The notes beneath the pieces were generated by a model. It saw nothing but the letters and a program-made list of their open reading frames with translations, did no database searches and had not been told where the DNA came from. Source: a virus. Taken from it: a stretch of DNA of 64,000 bases. The position numbers were made by a program, and so were the translations under genes. The DNA lies in IMG/VR virus record IMGVR_UViG_2915212873_000001, positions 4,973-68,972 of that record; one strand, 5' to 3'. The number at the start of each line of letters is the position of its first letter. The stretch's first letter is position 1. Positions 7,606 through 17,226 of this stretch are shown one piece after another.

Positions 7606-9423
7606 TTAAGCTGCAGCGCGCAGTTCGGCGCGCAGGGTTGCGATATCGATGATGACGAGGCGGTCGAGCAGGGCGGCCAGCTGCATGCCGGCGGAGCTGG
7701 CCAGCGAGTTCAGGAAGTCGATGTCCTGCCGCACTTCGCGGTCGGCCACGTCGAACAGGCCGGCCGTGGTGCCGGTGGCGGCCGGCGCCGGCGTGCTGGC
7801 CAGCGGCGCGTCACGGTAGAAGCTGGCAGTGCGCTGCACATCGGCGGCGCCGCTGGCTGGCGGGGTGGTGGTGCGCGCGGCGGCTGCCAAGGCTTGAGCT
7901 TGGGCAACTGCGGCGGCGGCCGTGGTCGGGCGAGCCTGGGTAGCAACGGCGGCCTGCTGGGCACGCTGCTCGGCGGCCACGCGGTCACGTTCGGCCTGCG
8001 CGGCCGCAGCCTGGCGATCAGCATCAGCCTTGCGCTCGGCGGCCAGCTTCTCAGCGGCGGCAGCTTCGGCCTTGGCCTTTTCCTCGGCGGCGATCCGGGC
8101 GCGCAGCGCTTCCTGCTTGACCTCTTCGGCGCGGATGTGGTCGGCGATGCGGGTGCGCACCACCAGCTGGAAATCATCAATAGCTTTCCACGACAACTGT
8201 TGCAAGTCGCGGAACAAACCGGCATGGTCGCCGACGTTTGCGTTGTACCAGGCCAGCTTGGCGCGAAGATCGGCGGCTGCTTGACTCGCGGCGATTTTGG
8301 CGTTCGCCAGCGTGGTGTTGGCGGCGTCGTGAAGGCTGGCCAGCGTGCGCTTGTTCTTCATGGCGCCGGCGAAGTCGGGTGCGGGCAGTGAAATTTTCAG
8401 CGGCGCAATTTCTTCTTCAAGCGCCACAACATGATCCTGATAGGCATAGCGGCCTTCGTTCAGAATGGTTTCCTTGATCTGCTCTTTGCGCACCTTGACC
8501 AGCTTTTCCAGTTCCAGGCGCTTGGCGCGGAACTGCGCCTTGATGTGGTCGACCGTGCGCATCACCTCGTCGATGGTCGAGGTCTGCGCCAGCGCGGCGG
8601 CCTTGGCCAGCTCCAGCTTTTGCTCGGCCTCGCCGCAGAACTTGACGTTGTACTCGGCGTCGGCGAAGTCCTGATCATCCTGCAGGTCGGTCTTGATCGT
8701 CGCGAGGAACTTCTCGGCGGCCTTCTGGTAGGCCATCAGGTTGCTGCTGACTACTTTGCCTTCGGTCTGCACGACCAGCGCGGGCAGGGCGGTGGCCGGC
8801 GCGGCCTCGGGCTTCACGGCGTGGTTGACCTGTGTGTAGCTGGCTACATCCGCGTCGAACTGCTCCCAGCCGGCGACGATGCGTGCGAACCAGCTGGTAT
8901 CTGGATACACCCAGGTCCACACCCTATTCGCCTCGGTGCCATCGGACACCATGAACATCCACTTCTCGGCGCCGGTGACCATCAGCTCCTGCTGGACCTG
9001 CGGCATGTGAGTGTCGGGCACTTCGCCGGCCGCAACGGCGGCGGCCAGCTGCTCGTTCCACTGCTTGTGCTCCCAGCCCAGCGAGTCGCAGATGGTCAGG
9101 CCGTCGCACGACGCGCTGATGCGGCCGAGCGAGCAGGTAACAGGGTAGAGCGAATCGTTGATGACCTTCTCGGCAAGCGGGCGCGCCAGCGCTTCGACTT
9201 CGTGGCCGTGGTCCAGGATCTTTTCCTGCACCCAGTCGCTGAATTCTTTCGCCAAACCGGTTGCCTTCATGCGCACCAGTTCGTCGCGAGTGACTTTGTC
9301 GGACAGGCCCAGCATGGCAGCCGCTTCACTGGCGCCGTTGTGCTGCGAGCGGAAGGTGTGCCATTCGTCGCTACCTTGGGCGAGCTGGTGCACTACGTGA
9401 TGAATGTTAGGATCGCGTTGCAT
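7606..9423 (-). CDS. YqaJ/lambda-exonuclease-family recombination nuclease with long coiled-coil and Ala-rich tail
   Basis: QGSDEWHTFR...GASEAAAMLG...ASCDG...WEHK...PQVQQEL. Confidence 0.9.
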   Translation of the reverse strand: MQRDPNIHHVVHQLAQGSDEWHTFRSQHNGASEAAAMLGLSDKVTRDELVRMKATGLAKEFSDWVQEKILDHGHEVEALARPLAEKVINDSLYPVTCSLGRISASCDGLTICDSLGWEHKQWNEQLAAAVAAGEVPDTHMPQVQQELMVTGAEKWMFMVSDGTEANRVWTWVYPDTSWFARIVAGWEQFDADVASYTQVNHAVKPEAAPATALPALVVQTEGKVVSSNLMAYQKAAEKFLATIKTDLQDDQDFADAEYNVKFCGEAEQKLELAKAAALAQTSTIDEVMRTVDHIKAQFRAKRLELEKLVKVRKEQIKETILNEGRYAYQDHVVALEEEIAPLKISLPAPDFAGAMKNKRTLASLHDAANTTLANAKIAASQAAADLRAKLAWYNANVGDHAGLFRDLQQLSWKAIDDFQLVVRTRIADHIRAEEVKQEALRARIAAEEKAKAEAAAAEKLAAERKADADRQAAAAQAERDRVAAEQRAQQAAVATQARPTTAAAAVAQAQALAAAARTTTPPASGAADVQRTASFYRDAPLASTPAPAATGTTAGLFDVADREVRQDIDFLNSLASSAGMQLAALLDRLVIIDIATLRAELRAAA

Positions 9424-9425
9424 AA

Positions 9426-10280
9426 TTATTCCTTGTCAGCGTTACTTGCCTCGGCCGCCTTTGGCGCCCAGGACAGGATGGTTTTCTTTTGCGCTTCGGT
9501 GAAGGTGGCGCGAGTGCTCAGCATTGCGAGCAGCTGCTCCGGCGTTTTCTTACCGGACTCGACCGTCTTTTTCCACTTCGGCGATTCAGCGTTGAACAGG
9601 TCGTCGCTGCATGGTGGCGGCCCTTCAGGGGCTGCCGATTGCGTGGCGGCTGGCTCGTAGTGTTCGTACGGGCGGAGCTCTTCGGGTAGGTCTTCGATGT
9701 CCTGACTGAACATGTCCGAAGCGCCGGTGACCGTCAGCGTCATTGCCACGTGTGCGCGCTTCGACGCCATCTTCAAAACCGTATTTGCCTGATCGGCGGC
9801 TTCGGTGCGAACTTGGGGATTTTTGTAGATCGCGCCGCGCTCACCCTTTGCGAACTTGATGCGTCGCATCGTTTCAGGCGTGACATCGAACTCTTCGGTG
9901 CAAATAGCCTTTCGCCATTTATATTTTTCTTCTGCCGACGAGCACTCGCCCACACCTTCGCCCAGAACGATGCCGGTGGTCTGATGCGTACCCACGCAGG
10001 TGACGCGGCACCGGGCGATGCCGTCTTCACCCAGGTCATCGACGCGGTAGGACGGGGCGATGCGGAAAGCCACGCACAGCACCTCGGCGCCAGCCTTGTA
10101 CAGCGTCGGCTTCGGTGTGCCTGGGATTTTTCCGTAATGGACGCCTTCCTTCATGACGGCGCGCATCACCTCCTGCACCAGGTTGACACGTTCGCGAATC
10201 TCGGCGGCCGAGTAGCGGTGCACCTCTGCGGCCGTGAGGCCGGCCACCTCGCGCGGTGGCAGTTCAACTACAGCGTTCAT
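9426..10280 (-). CDS. Putative single-strand annealing protein (partner of the exonuclease)
   Basis: Directly upstream of the exonuclease; HYGKIPG-KPTLYKAGAE and NTVLKMASKRA motifs; function inferred from gene order. Confidence 0.5.
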   Translation of the reverse strand: MNAVVELPPREVAGLTAAEVHRYSAAEIRERVNLVQEVMRAVMKEGVHYGKIPGTPKPTLYKAGAEVLCVAFRIAPSYRVDDLGEDGIARCRVTCVGTHQTTGIVLGEGVGECSSAEEKYKWRKAICTEEFDVTPETMRRIKFAKGERGAIYKNPQVRTEAADQANTVLKMASKRAHVAMTLTVTGASDMFSQDIEDLPEELRPYEHYEPAATQSAAPEGPPPCSDDLFNAESPKWKKTVESGKKTPEQLLAMLSTRATFTEAQKKTILSWAPKAAEASNADKE

Positions 10281-10525
10281 TTCGTTCTCCGGTTCAACTT
10301 CGTTAAAGCTGCATTCAGCAGGGCAAGACGTAATGCGTGTTGTGGGCGGTGGCCGGCGCGCAGGTTGCGTAGCGTGTCGGCCGCCAGGTGGGCGAGGGCG
10401 GCTTTCACTGATCCGCCTTGCAGGCGCTCGCCGCCTGCTCGCGTTCGGCAGCTTCCGCGTCAGCCCACTGCATAAAGGCGTAGCCGGCAAGGATGATCAT
10501 TGCCAGCGCGGCGATGGTCAGCGCT

Positions 10526-10804
10526 TCACGCAGTCTCTTCACAGCCGCCTCCTTCACGCGCCGCGCGCCGTGTTTCCAGCCAGTCGCGTTTAATTTGGAT
10601 CAGCACACGCACCTCGATTTGGCGTTGGCGGCTCGGCACGCCCAAGCCTTCCAGTGCGATCTCGTAGTAGCGAAACTCGTGCGGCTCCAGCCGCGCAGCG
10701 TTGTTGCGCATGATCGTCAGCAGGTTTTGCAGAGCCCGCTCCGCCGGCGTGGCCTGCGCGGCGGCCAGCAGCATGTCCAGCAGCGGGCGGTCAGCGGCGC
10801 TCAT
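10526..10804 (-). CDS. Hypothetical phage protein
   Basis: 92-aa ORF coupled within the operon. Confidence 0.6.
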   Translation of the reverse strand: MSAADRPLLDMLLAAAQATPAERALQNLLTIMRNNAARLEPHEFRYYEIALEGLGVPSRQRQIEVRVLIQIKRDWLETRRAAREGGGCEETA

Positions 10805-11091
10805 TGCGCACCATCGAGGTGATAGGCGCCGAAGGCATCCTCGTGCTGTGCGGCTTCGAGCAAGGTCGAGAACTTCTCTTCGCGGCGGGCCTTGCGCTTC
10901 ATGTAGGCGTCTTTGAATGGCTGGTCACCGATGCGATCCAGAATCTCCAGGTGCTGGGCGTGGCGCTGATTCGCCGTCATGCCCAGCGCCACCATGGCCA
11001 CCTCGTTGATGTTTTGCACGCGGCGGGTGTAAGTGCGCGAGGTGGCGCACAGGCGCATGATGTCCGCCAGGGCATCGCGGTGATCGCTCAT
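10801..11091 (-). CDS. Hypothetical phage protein
   Basis: MSDHRDAL start overlaps the upstream stop. Confidence 0.6.
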   Translation of the reverse strand: MSDHRDALADIMRLCATSRTYTRRVQNINEVAMVALGMTANQRHAQHLEILDRIGDQPFKDAYMKRKARREEKFSTLLEAAQHEDAFGAYHLDGAQ

Positions 11092-11441
11092 GGCCGCACC
11101 ATCACCGTCACGCCGATGGCGCCGTTGTCGTACGCGGCATCGGCCAGCGCGCCGGCTGCGCCGATTGCGGTGTAGCTGCGCGCACCGGCGGCAGTGCGCT
11201 CGGTCACGGTGTAGGTCAGGCCGAACTCGCGCGCGGCCAGCTGCGGCGCCACGCTGTTGCGGCTGCGGCCAGCGATCTGGTAGCGGCTGATGTGGCTGCC
11301 GGCCGGCGCCTGCTCTGGCGCGTCCAGGTTGCCGCTGTTCAGCACGTCTTCGAATCCGCTGTCCTGATAGTCGAAATGCAGCAGGCCCGAGACAGCGAGG
11401 CGCGAGGCTTTGCCGGCGGTGATGTGGGTGACGGCGCTCAC
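11088..11441 (-). CDS. Hypothetical phage protein
   Basis: 117-aa coupled ORF. Confidence 0.6.
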   Translation of the reverse strand: MSAVTHITAGKASRLAVSGLLHFDYQDSGFEDVLNSGNLDAPEQAPAGSHISRYQIAGRSRNSVAPQLAAREFGLTYTVTERTAAGARSYTAIGAAGALADAAYDNGAIGVTVMVRP

Positions 11442-11716
11442 TTGGCACGCTCCGCGAGCATGGCGTCGGCGATGCTGTATGCGGCGTGCGCGAGGACGCC
11501 TTGGACGTTGTCTTGCAGCTTGTTGTTGGCTGCACAGATATCGCCTGCGGTCGACCCGCCACGACCTTCCGAAGGTTCGTTGATCAATCCGGTCAGCGCC
11601 TGCGCGGCGAAGTAGTCGCGCAAAGTCATCCCAGTTTCGGTCAGATCTTTGCGATGCTGTGCGCTTTGTGCGCGGCCCGGGTCTGGAAATGCGGCGCCGC
11701 CAGTTTCTTTGCTCAT
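11438..11716 (-). CDS. Conserved small phage early protein
   Basis: GGAAFP...GMTLRDYFAAQAL motif common in lambdoid early regions. Confidence 0.75.
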   Translation of the reverse strand: MSKETGGAAFPDPGRAQSAQHRKDLTETGMTLRDYFAAQALTGLINEPSEGRGGSTAGDICAANNKLQDNVQGVLAHAAYSIADAMLAERAK

Positions 11717-11830
11717 CGTGCTCTCCGTGTTGACTTCGTTGTTGGACTGGCCTTTCACCAGCTGGTCAGCTCTTACCGCGCCGATTGCGGACCTGTGCGC
11801 CGTGGGCGGTGATCTGCCCCAGGTTGGCGT

Positions 11831-12247
11831 GTGGTGGACTTCTTCGCTTCACCACAGAGCAAAGGGCTGGGCGCTACTCCAGCTATCGGTTGGCTATGTC
11901 GCGGTAGCACGACCCGAAACCGAATACCTTCTCCGCGAACTGATCCCAACGCGGTGAGGGGAATTTCTGCTTTCAATTCCGCCCTTGCTCTGTGGCTCCT
12001 GCGCGCTTACCCGGCGCAGGTTAGGGTGGCAATACATCGGTTCCGTGCGCTTCCCACGATTTCGCGGCCGCGTACTTTCTTGATCCATCACACGGATTAC
12101 GGTCACCACAAGTGATCCGGTTGCGTGGCCCACGTATTCGGGCAACACCGGCAGGTCGGTGCAGTAAGCCAGCCCATCTGCAGATAGGCCGTCCGCCCTT
12201 ATTGCAGCCGGATCACTTGTGGTTCCCGCGCTTCACCGGCGCGGGAA
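11831..12247 (-). ncRNA. Candidate pair of structured RNA elements in the leftward transcript
   Basis: Two long-range stems (11852-11862 with 11985-11995; 12105-12124 with 12204-12223), each beside a similar GC hairpin. Confidence 0.45.
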
Positions 12248-12270
12248 GGTGCTACTCAACTACGCGGTGA

Positions 12271-12720
12271 TTACTGCTTGCGGCTGAAGTTGCTGATGTT
12301 CAGTTGCAGGGAGCAGCCGTCGCCGATGTTGGTCTGGGCGCCGTTGTGCCAGGTGATTTGCGATTCGCCGTTGGCGCACGCCGTGCGGCTGATTGCATCG
12401 GTGTTCCACCAGCGGTAGCCGCCGTTGTAGGTCGAGCGAACGTACAGCGCGAATGCTGGAGCGTTGAAGAAGGCCGAATTGTTCAGGAAGTGACCGGCGG
12501 TCGCGCTGCCGTTGGCATCGACCACGCTCCAGTTGCCGCCGACCAGATCGACAGCGCGAGCGTGGGTGATGTCGATGGTCTGGTTGGGGCCGAAGTACAC
12601 CTGGTTCTGAACGTATTGGCCGACAGCTGCGGGGATCGACTGCGCGTTGACGTTGCCGCCACCGCATGCCGCCAGCATCACCGCAGCAGCCAGCATGGCT
12701 GATTTGAGGAAGCCTTTCAT
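12271..12720 (-). CDS. Lipoprotein (possible superinfection exclusion factor)
   Basis: MKGFLKSAMLAAAVMLAAC lipobox. Confidence 0.75.
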   Translation of the reverse strand: MKGFLKSAMLAAAVMLAACGGGNVNAQSIPAAVGQYVQNQVYFGPNQTIDITHARAVDLVGGNWSVVDANGSATAGHFLNNSAFFNAPAFALYVRSTYNGGYRWWNTDAISRTACANGESQITWHNGAQTNIGDGCSLQLNISNFSRKQ

Positions 12721-12820
12721 GATGTTGCCTTTCATGGTTTGTTGATGATCGGGAGGATTCCCTCTCACTGCCGAAACCACCTCTAGGGTGGTCTCGGGGA
12801 ATTTGTGTGCGAGTTCGGCC

Positions 12821-13168
12821 TCAGCCGATTGCAGCGCGGTCCCACGCGGCGCGGTCGGCGCGATCCTCTGCGCGGCTGGCTTGCTTGGCGCGGACTGCGG
12901 CGCGGTCCACGGCCCAGCCCATCTGCTTCATCTGCGCTGGCGACACGAGTTCCGAAATGTCGTCTCGCGTGCCGGTCAGCGAGACCGCCTCCACGCTGCA
13001 GCCCTCGTCCTCGTCGGCATAGCCGTGCAGATCCAAGATCAGGTTGCCGTGCAGGTACCGGGTCGCCAAGCGGCTCAAGTTGTCCGGGACTTGCGGCTGC
13101 TCCGGCTGCGGGTTGCTCGGGAGCGTGGCACGGGCGGCCAGGATTGCAATGGATACAGGTGCGTTCAT
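12821..13168 (-). CDS. Hypothetical phage protein
   Basis: 115-aa ORF in the operon. Confidence 0.6.
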   Translation of the reverse strand: MNAPVSIAILAARATLPSNPQPEQPQVPDNLSRLATRYLHGNLILDLHGYADEDEGCSVEAVSLTGTRDDISELVSPAQMKQMGWAVDRAAVRAKQASRAEDRADRAAWDRAAIG

Positions 13169-13294
13169 GGTGATCAGCCCAGAGTTGCCGGCGCGGCCGG
13201 CTGGTTGAGGTCGAAGCTTGGCGCCACGTCGCCGGCGGCAGCAGCCGCATCAGCGAGGGCTTTCAGTTCGGCTTTGGACATGGTGGCCTCCGAA

Positions 13295-13498
13295 TTAACA
13301 GTCGACCGTGCGGCCTTGGGCGATGGTCGTGCCCGAGCGCATGATGAACGCGTGGCACTTCAGAGCTGGGTTCCAACGACGGAACGATGCAGCGCGGTCC
13401 TTGATGAAATTGCGGACCTCATCCAGCGTGGCGAAGGCGTCGCTGTAGCAGCCGTCGTTTGGGTTTTCGGTTTTAACGTTGACTAGGTAGGTAGCCAT
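13295..13498 (-). CDS. Small hypothetical protein, first gene after PL
   Basis: GGAGAG RBS before MATYLVNVK. Confidence 0.55.
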   Translation of the reverse strand: MATYLVNVKTENPNDGCYSDAFATLDEVRNFIKDRAASFRRWNPALKCHAFIMRSGTTIAQGRTVDC

Positions 13499-13534
13499 TT
13501 CGCTCTCCATCGTGTTTGGTGTGTCGATGGAGTC

Positions 13535-13593
13535 ATTAAACCATAGGTTGAATTTAAACGTCAACCCAAGGTTGAATATATTTTCGGTTGAAT
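13535..13593 (-). promoter_or_regulatory. PL promoter with repressor operators (OL)
   Basis: TTGACG-18-TTTAAT with extended TG; overlaps two 19-bp ATTCAACC-N3-GGTTGAAT-like palindromes (13535-13553, 13559-13577) and a half-site at 13586-13593. Confidence 0.75.
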
Positions 13594-13861
13594 CGAAATT
13601 TTTTTGATTTGTTGGGCTTTTGCCGCTTGGAGCCGCCGGCGTATGGACTTCGGAGTGGGGATGCTGCCTGACAGGCAGTGTTTGGGAAAGAGTGGCCGAA
13701 AATGGAGTGGCGCCGGCCGGGTCTATCGAAGGCGATGCTGGTGGTGATACTCTTGCGATTCAGCCGTAGTGGGCGCGATGGGTGCGGCGCCAGTGGCACT
13801 TCAGGGAAGTTTCGTTTCGCGCAGGAATAGCACCGTTAATCCAACCATATAGGGATCGGAC

Positions 13862-14488
13862 ATGAACGATCGAGTTTCACAAGAATTGCTGGCGGCTGCT
13901 GCAGCCCAAGCTGCAACTCAGGCTATCGCCGACGCCGCCGATGTGATTGACTTCGAGAGACTCATTACAATTGAGGATCACAAATTGGTCGCGGACTCGC
14001 TCGGCGTGGCCAAGGCATTCAAGAAGGCCCACAAATACATCTTGCGGCAGATTGATCAGATGCGGGACAGTAAGCAGCCAGAGATCGCAAATCATTGGCG
14101 GCTCAATTTTGAGCCGCGAATCCGAACCTACAAAACGGGCAAGGGGCAGACCCGGCAGTCGCGCATGTACCTGATGACCAAAGACGGCCTCAGTGAGTTG
14201 GCTATGAGCTTCACTGGTGATCGGGCCCGCCTTGTGCGAATTCGATTCATCGCCGCTTTCAATGCTATGGCGGATCAACTGCAAAATCAGGGGAATAACT
14301 TGGTGAGGCAGTTCTTTGCAACAGAAGTGCAGTACACCAACGAGAAGTCGAAGGTGAGCGCCAGTGCTAGAAACATGCGCCTTTGGCAAAAAAAGAAGCC
14401 GGAACTGACTGGCACAATGGATCGACTGCGCGCGGACATCCAACTAAAGCTGGGTCTCGAAGTACCAGGCCAACTGGATAAGCGATAG
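13862..14488 (+). CDS. Rha-family phage regulatory protein
   Basis: DSLGVAKAFKKAHKYILRQI...MYLMTKDG...LAMSFTG...RFIAAFNAM. Confidence 0.88.
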   Translation: MNDRVSQELLAAAAAQAATQAIADAADVIDFERLITIEDHKLVADSLGVAKAFKKAHKYILRQIDQMRDSKQPEIANHWRLNFEPRIRTYKTGKGQTRQSRMYLMTKDGLSELAMSFTGDRARLVRIRFIAAFNAMADQLQNQGNNLVRQFFATEVQYTNEKSKVSASARNMRLWQKKKPELTGTMDRLRADIQLKLGLEVPGQLDKR

Positions 14489-14493
14489 GTGTT

Positions 14494-14519
14494 AAAAAGC
14501 CCCGACTGGCGGGGCTTTC
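14494..14519. terminator. Bidirectional intrinsic terminator
   Basis: AAAAAGCCCCG-ACTGG-CGGGGCTTT between convergent genes. Confidence 0.8.
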
Positions 14520-14530
14520 TATAAAGCGCA

Positions 14531-15394
14531 CTATTCGAGCGACTCAGGTGCGATCTTCTTAGTCGTGCGGAAAATCATGATTGGCGTGATGCCGTACCGA
14601 TCTACAGGTCGCCCGAGTCCCTCTCGGACGCCGTTCAACATCGTGCCCATCGCAATTTCGATTGGACTTAATTGATGGTAGTTTTGAGCGTCCGAGCCGA
14701 AATAGAGGCCATCAGGCAGCGCGTCGAGAATGCCTAACGTATGCCACTCCCCCTGCAGTGCACTTCCGTGCTTAAACGTTAAGTCGTCGGCGCTGGCAAG
14801 CAGACACTCGGGCTTCAGTGTGAACCATGCGGCATCGGAGTCAGTGAACAAGGTCCCTTGTAACGAATGGGGGAGCTTGGCGATCATCTTCGCTAGCGCC
14901 TCAAATTCCTTCTTTTTTTGCACAGCGACTCTTTGGCGCTCTTTGATGTTCTGTATGCTCGCAGTCTCATTGGCAGCAACCATCTCCCCCATATCTACCC
15001 AAAGGTCGCGGAGAATTCGGATATCAACCAAGGTTATTGAGCCTTTGACGAGAACAAGTGCGCCCACCGGGGAGTTACTGAGGCCGCCGGAAATGTAGCC
15101 AGCATCGAAGAGGGCGTCCAGCGTCTCTTGCGGCCTTGAAAAAGCCGCATCGATGTTGATCTCTAACGAGTGCTCATTTGTCGTCTCGGCAGCCATTCCT
15201 CCGGAAAGGACCGGAATTTTTACGGTGCCGCTAGACCCTTGTTTGCCACCTTCCTTTGTGATCCGCTTCGATCCGACGACCAATCCGTTGGAGGAGAGTT
15301 GACTGTAATAATGCGACAACTTGACGTTGTCGATGTAGACGTAGTCACAGAGGTATTCGACGCTTGGTGATTCTTGTTCCTGATTCAATTGCAT
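14531..15394 (-). CDS. Hypothetical cargo protein (287 aa, possibly DUF6414-like)
   Basis: DYVYIDNVKLSHYYSQL N-terminus; lower GC; family recalled from memory only. Confidence 0.65.
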   Translation of the reverse strand: MQLNQEQESPSVEYLCDYVYIDNVKLSHYYSQLSSNGLVVGSKRITKEGGKQGSSGTVKIPVLSGGMAAETTNEHSLEINIDAAFSRPQETLDALFDAGYISGGLSNSPVGALVLVKGSITLVDIRILRDLWVDMGEMVAANETASIQNIKERQRVAVQKKKEFEALAKMIAKLPHSLQGTLFTDSDAAWFTLKPECLLASADDLTFKHGSALQGEWHTLGILDALPDGLYFGSDAQNYHQLSPIEIAMGTMLNGVREGLGRPVDRYGITPIMIFRTTKKIAPESLE

Positions 15395-15542
15395 CGCGAG
15401 CTTTCTTTTGTTGTTCCGAAATCTCGCGCCCTCTTGAGTTTAGGTCCTCAGCAATGACTCCAAATACACGGGCAGCATCTTTCCTGTCGACCTTGTCGCC
15501 GCCAAGAATACCGCGAACCGCTCTTGTTAATTTGGTTTTCAT
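15345..15542 (-). CDS. Small hypothetical protein overlapping the next gene
   Basis: 65-aa basic ORF. Confidence 0.5.
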   Translation of the reverse strand: MKTKLTRAVRGILGGDKVDRKDAARVFGVIAEDLNSRGREISEQQKKARDAIESGTRITKRRIPL

Positions 15543-15748
15543 GTCTCGATTATAGACTTAGTGCGGGCGCAAGTGGTTAAGTGGTGTTGAATAGTTTGGG
15601 GTTCCGGCTTGCCGAGTCGGCTTGATTGCCAGAACGCTCTCACGCAGCAGCAACTTTGCCGCGAGTCACGCGCCTTTATTTGCAGTATACGTAATCTTGC
15701 TATCTTGAAATCTATCGAATTCTCACGCCGCATCGGATGGTTCGCGGG

Positions 15749-16258
15749 CTATTTCTTGGTCAAGTGCGACTTTGGCATCCAGAAAGATTTCTTGCTCTTG
15801 TCAGCAATTACCCATATCGCCTGACTGTCGGCCGGATTGTTCATCACAGAGACGCGGATATTGGGGCTGCCTTTGGTGCACTGAGCCATCGCCTGGTCAA
15901 GGGTTGCCACACCAGCCTTTTTACGGAGCAAATCCAGAATCATGCGAGTCTTGTTTGGACCATCTTTACCATCGAGATATTCAGGCTCGCCAGTTTTAGG
16001 CGAGATGGCCGGCATTTGTCCCGTGAACTGAATCGACGTGCTCACCAAGCCTATAACGAAGTTGACGTATTCGGATAACTCTTTGCTCGCACAGGCGTAA
16101 TATGGATCGTCCTTTTTGAAGTAGGTGATTGCGCGATCGCCTGCAGAGCAGACCTTGATGTGACAAGCGTCATTGATATCGGCATCTGCGGCCACGCACG
16201 TCGATGAAGCTAAGGCGAAAATGATGAGGAGTTTATGCATATAAGAAGTCATCACCAA
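15749..16258 (-). CDS. Putative exported Cys-containing protein
   Basis: MHKLLIIFALASSTCVAADA signal-peptide-like start; low GC. Confidence 0.65.
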   Translation of the reverse strand: MVMTSYMHKLLIIFALASSTCVAADADINDACHIKVCSAGDRAITYFKKDDPYYACASKELSEYVNFVIGLVSTSIQFTGQMPAISPKTGEPEYLDGKDGPNKTRMILDLLRKKAGVATLDQAMAQCTKGSPNIRVSVMNNPADSQAIWVIADKSKKSFWMPKSHLTKK

Positions 16259-16314
16259 TAGATGGAAAGTGAATTATATGCAAACTTGACAATAGGAAAT
16301 CTATCGAATTATCA

Positions 16315-16539
16315 CTACTTTTCGGCTTCGGCTCGACGCAGCATTGCCTTGATGTCATCAACATCGGTCGCTACCGTGCGCATCTGTTCATGCAGGTTGA
16401 ATGCCCGTAGTCGGAAGTTGATTTCGTCGTTGAGCGTCCAGCCCTTGGACTCCGCGATATTTTTCAGTTCGGTATGCAGGGTCATTGGCATCCGGATTGT
16501 CAGAGCCTTAACTTTGGCGTTCAGTTTGGAATCGGTCAT
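16315..16539 (-). CDS. Arc-like ribbon-helix-helix DNA-binding protein
   Basis: LTIRMPMTLHTELKNIAESKGWTLNDEINFRL. Confidence 0.8.
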   Translation of the reverse strand: MTDSKLNAKVKALTIRMPMTLHTELKNIAESKGWTLNDEINFRLRAFNLHEQMRTVATDVDDIKAMLRRAEAEK

Positions 16540-16767
16540 GCGCGCGATATTGCGGGACAATTTCGCAAAGTGTTGTATTTGGTGCGGATAAGTGTCAGTT
16601 TTTTTCGACTCTCGGAAAAATTTCAAGACTCGCGCTCACTACAGGAACCGCACTGGGCATAGCGGGGCATCGATAAATTTCCAATTGATAATATAAAGTT
16701 CCTATCGGAATCATGTGACAATTCGCGTATATTCGTAATTACCCTAATAACATCAAGGAGTTATGAA

Positions 16768-16941
16768 ATGAATTGTAATGAATCCCGGCACTCGGAAGAT
16801 GAGCAAGCTAGGGAGGCTTTGGAGAAAATGAGTGACGAAGCCGTCAAAGCCATGGCCGACGCACTGGAGAAAATGGTCGAAAAGAACGAGGAGGAGCCCA
16901 AGCCAGAGCTCCGAATCGTTAAACCAGATCAAAAACAATGA
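16768..16941 (+). CDS. Small acidic protein (57 aa; not in the ORF track)
   Basis: AAGGAG RBS; MNCNESRHSEDEQAREALEKMSDEAVKAMADALEKMVEKNEEEPKPELRIVKPDQKQ. Confidence 0.5.
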   Translation: MNCNESRHSEDEQAREALEKMSDEAVKAMADALEKMVEKNEEEPKPELRIVKPDQKQ

Positions 16942-17082
16942 CCTGATATGCACCAAATTGATCTGCCTAAAAGTTGCAGATCAATCGTTTACAAATGTAA
17001 AGTTCAGTGAAGTGACAATTTGATAGTTTCTAACTGCAAGTTATGTCGTATTGTTGTTTATCGAATACGAAAGTTGCTTGCA

Positions 17083-17226
17083 ATGAATGACGTTGAACGG
17101 GCCATGAGGGCGTTTAAAAAGTTGGATGCAAACCGCCGCCGCATCATGTTGCCAGTATTAAAAAGCCTTGCTGTATCACGCGCCAGAAAGGCCGCCCTTC
17201 GTTTGGTTGTCAACAACCGACGTTAG
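17083..17226 (+). CDS. Small basic protein convergent with the repressor
   Basis: MNDVERAMRAFKKLDANRRRIML. Confidence 0.45.
   Translation: MNDVERAMRAFKKLDANRRRIMLPVLKSLAVSRARKAALRLVVNNRR

Noticed and set aside
13535-13593. Regularly spaced GGTTGAAT repeats as a mini CRISPR
   Set aside because: Too short, form operator palindromes that recur at OR, and no cas genes are present.
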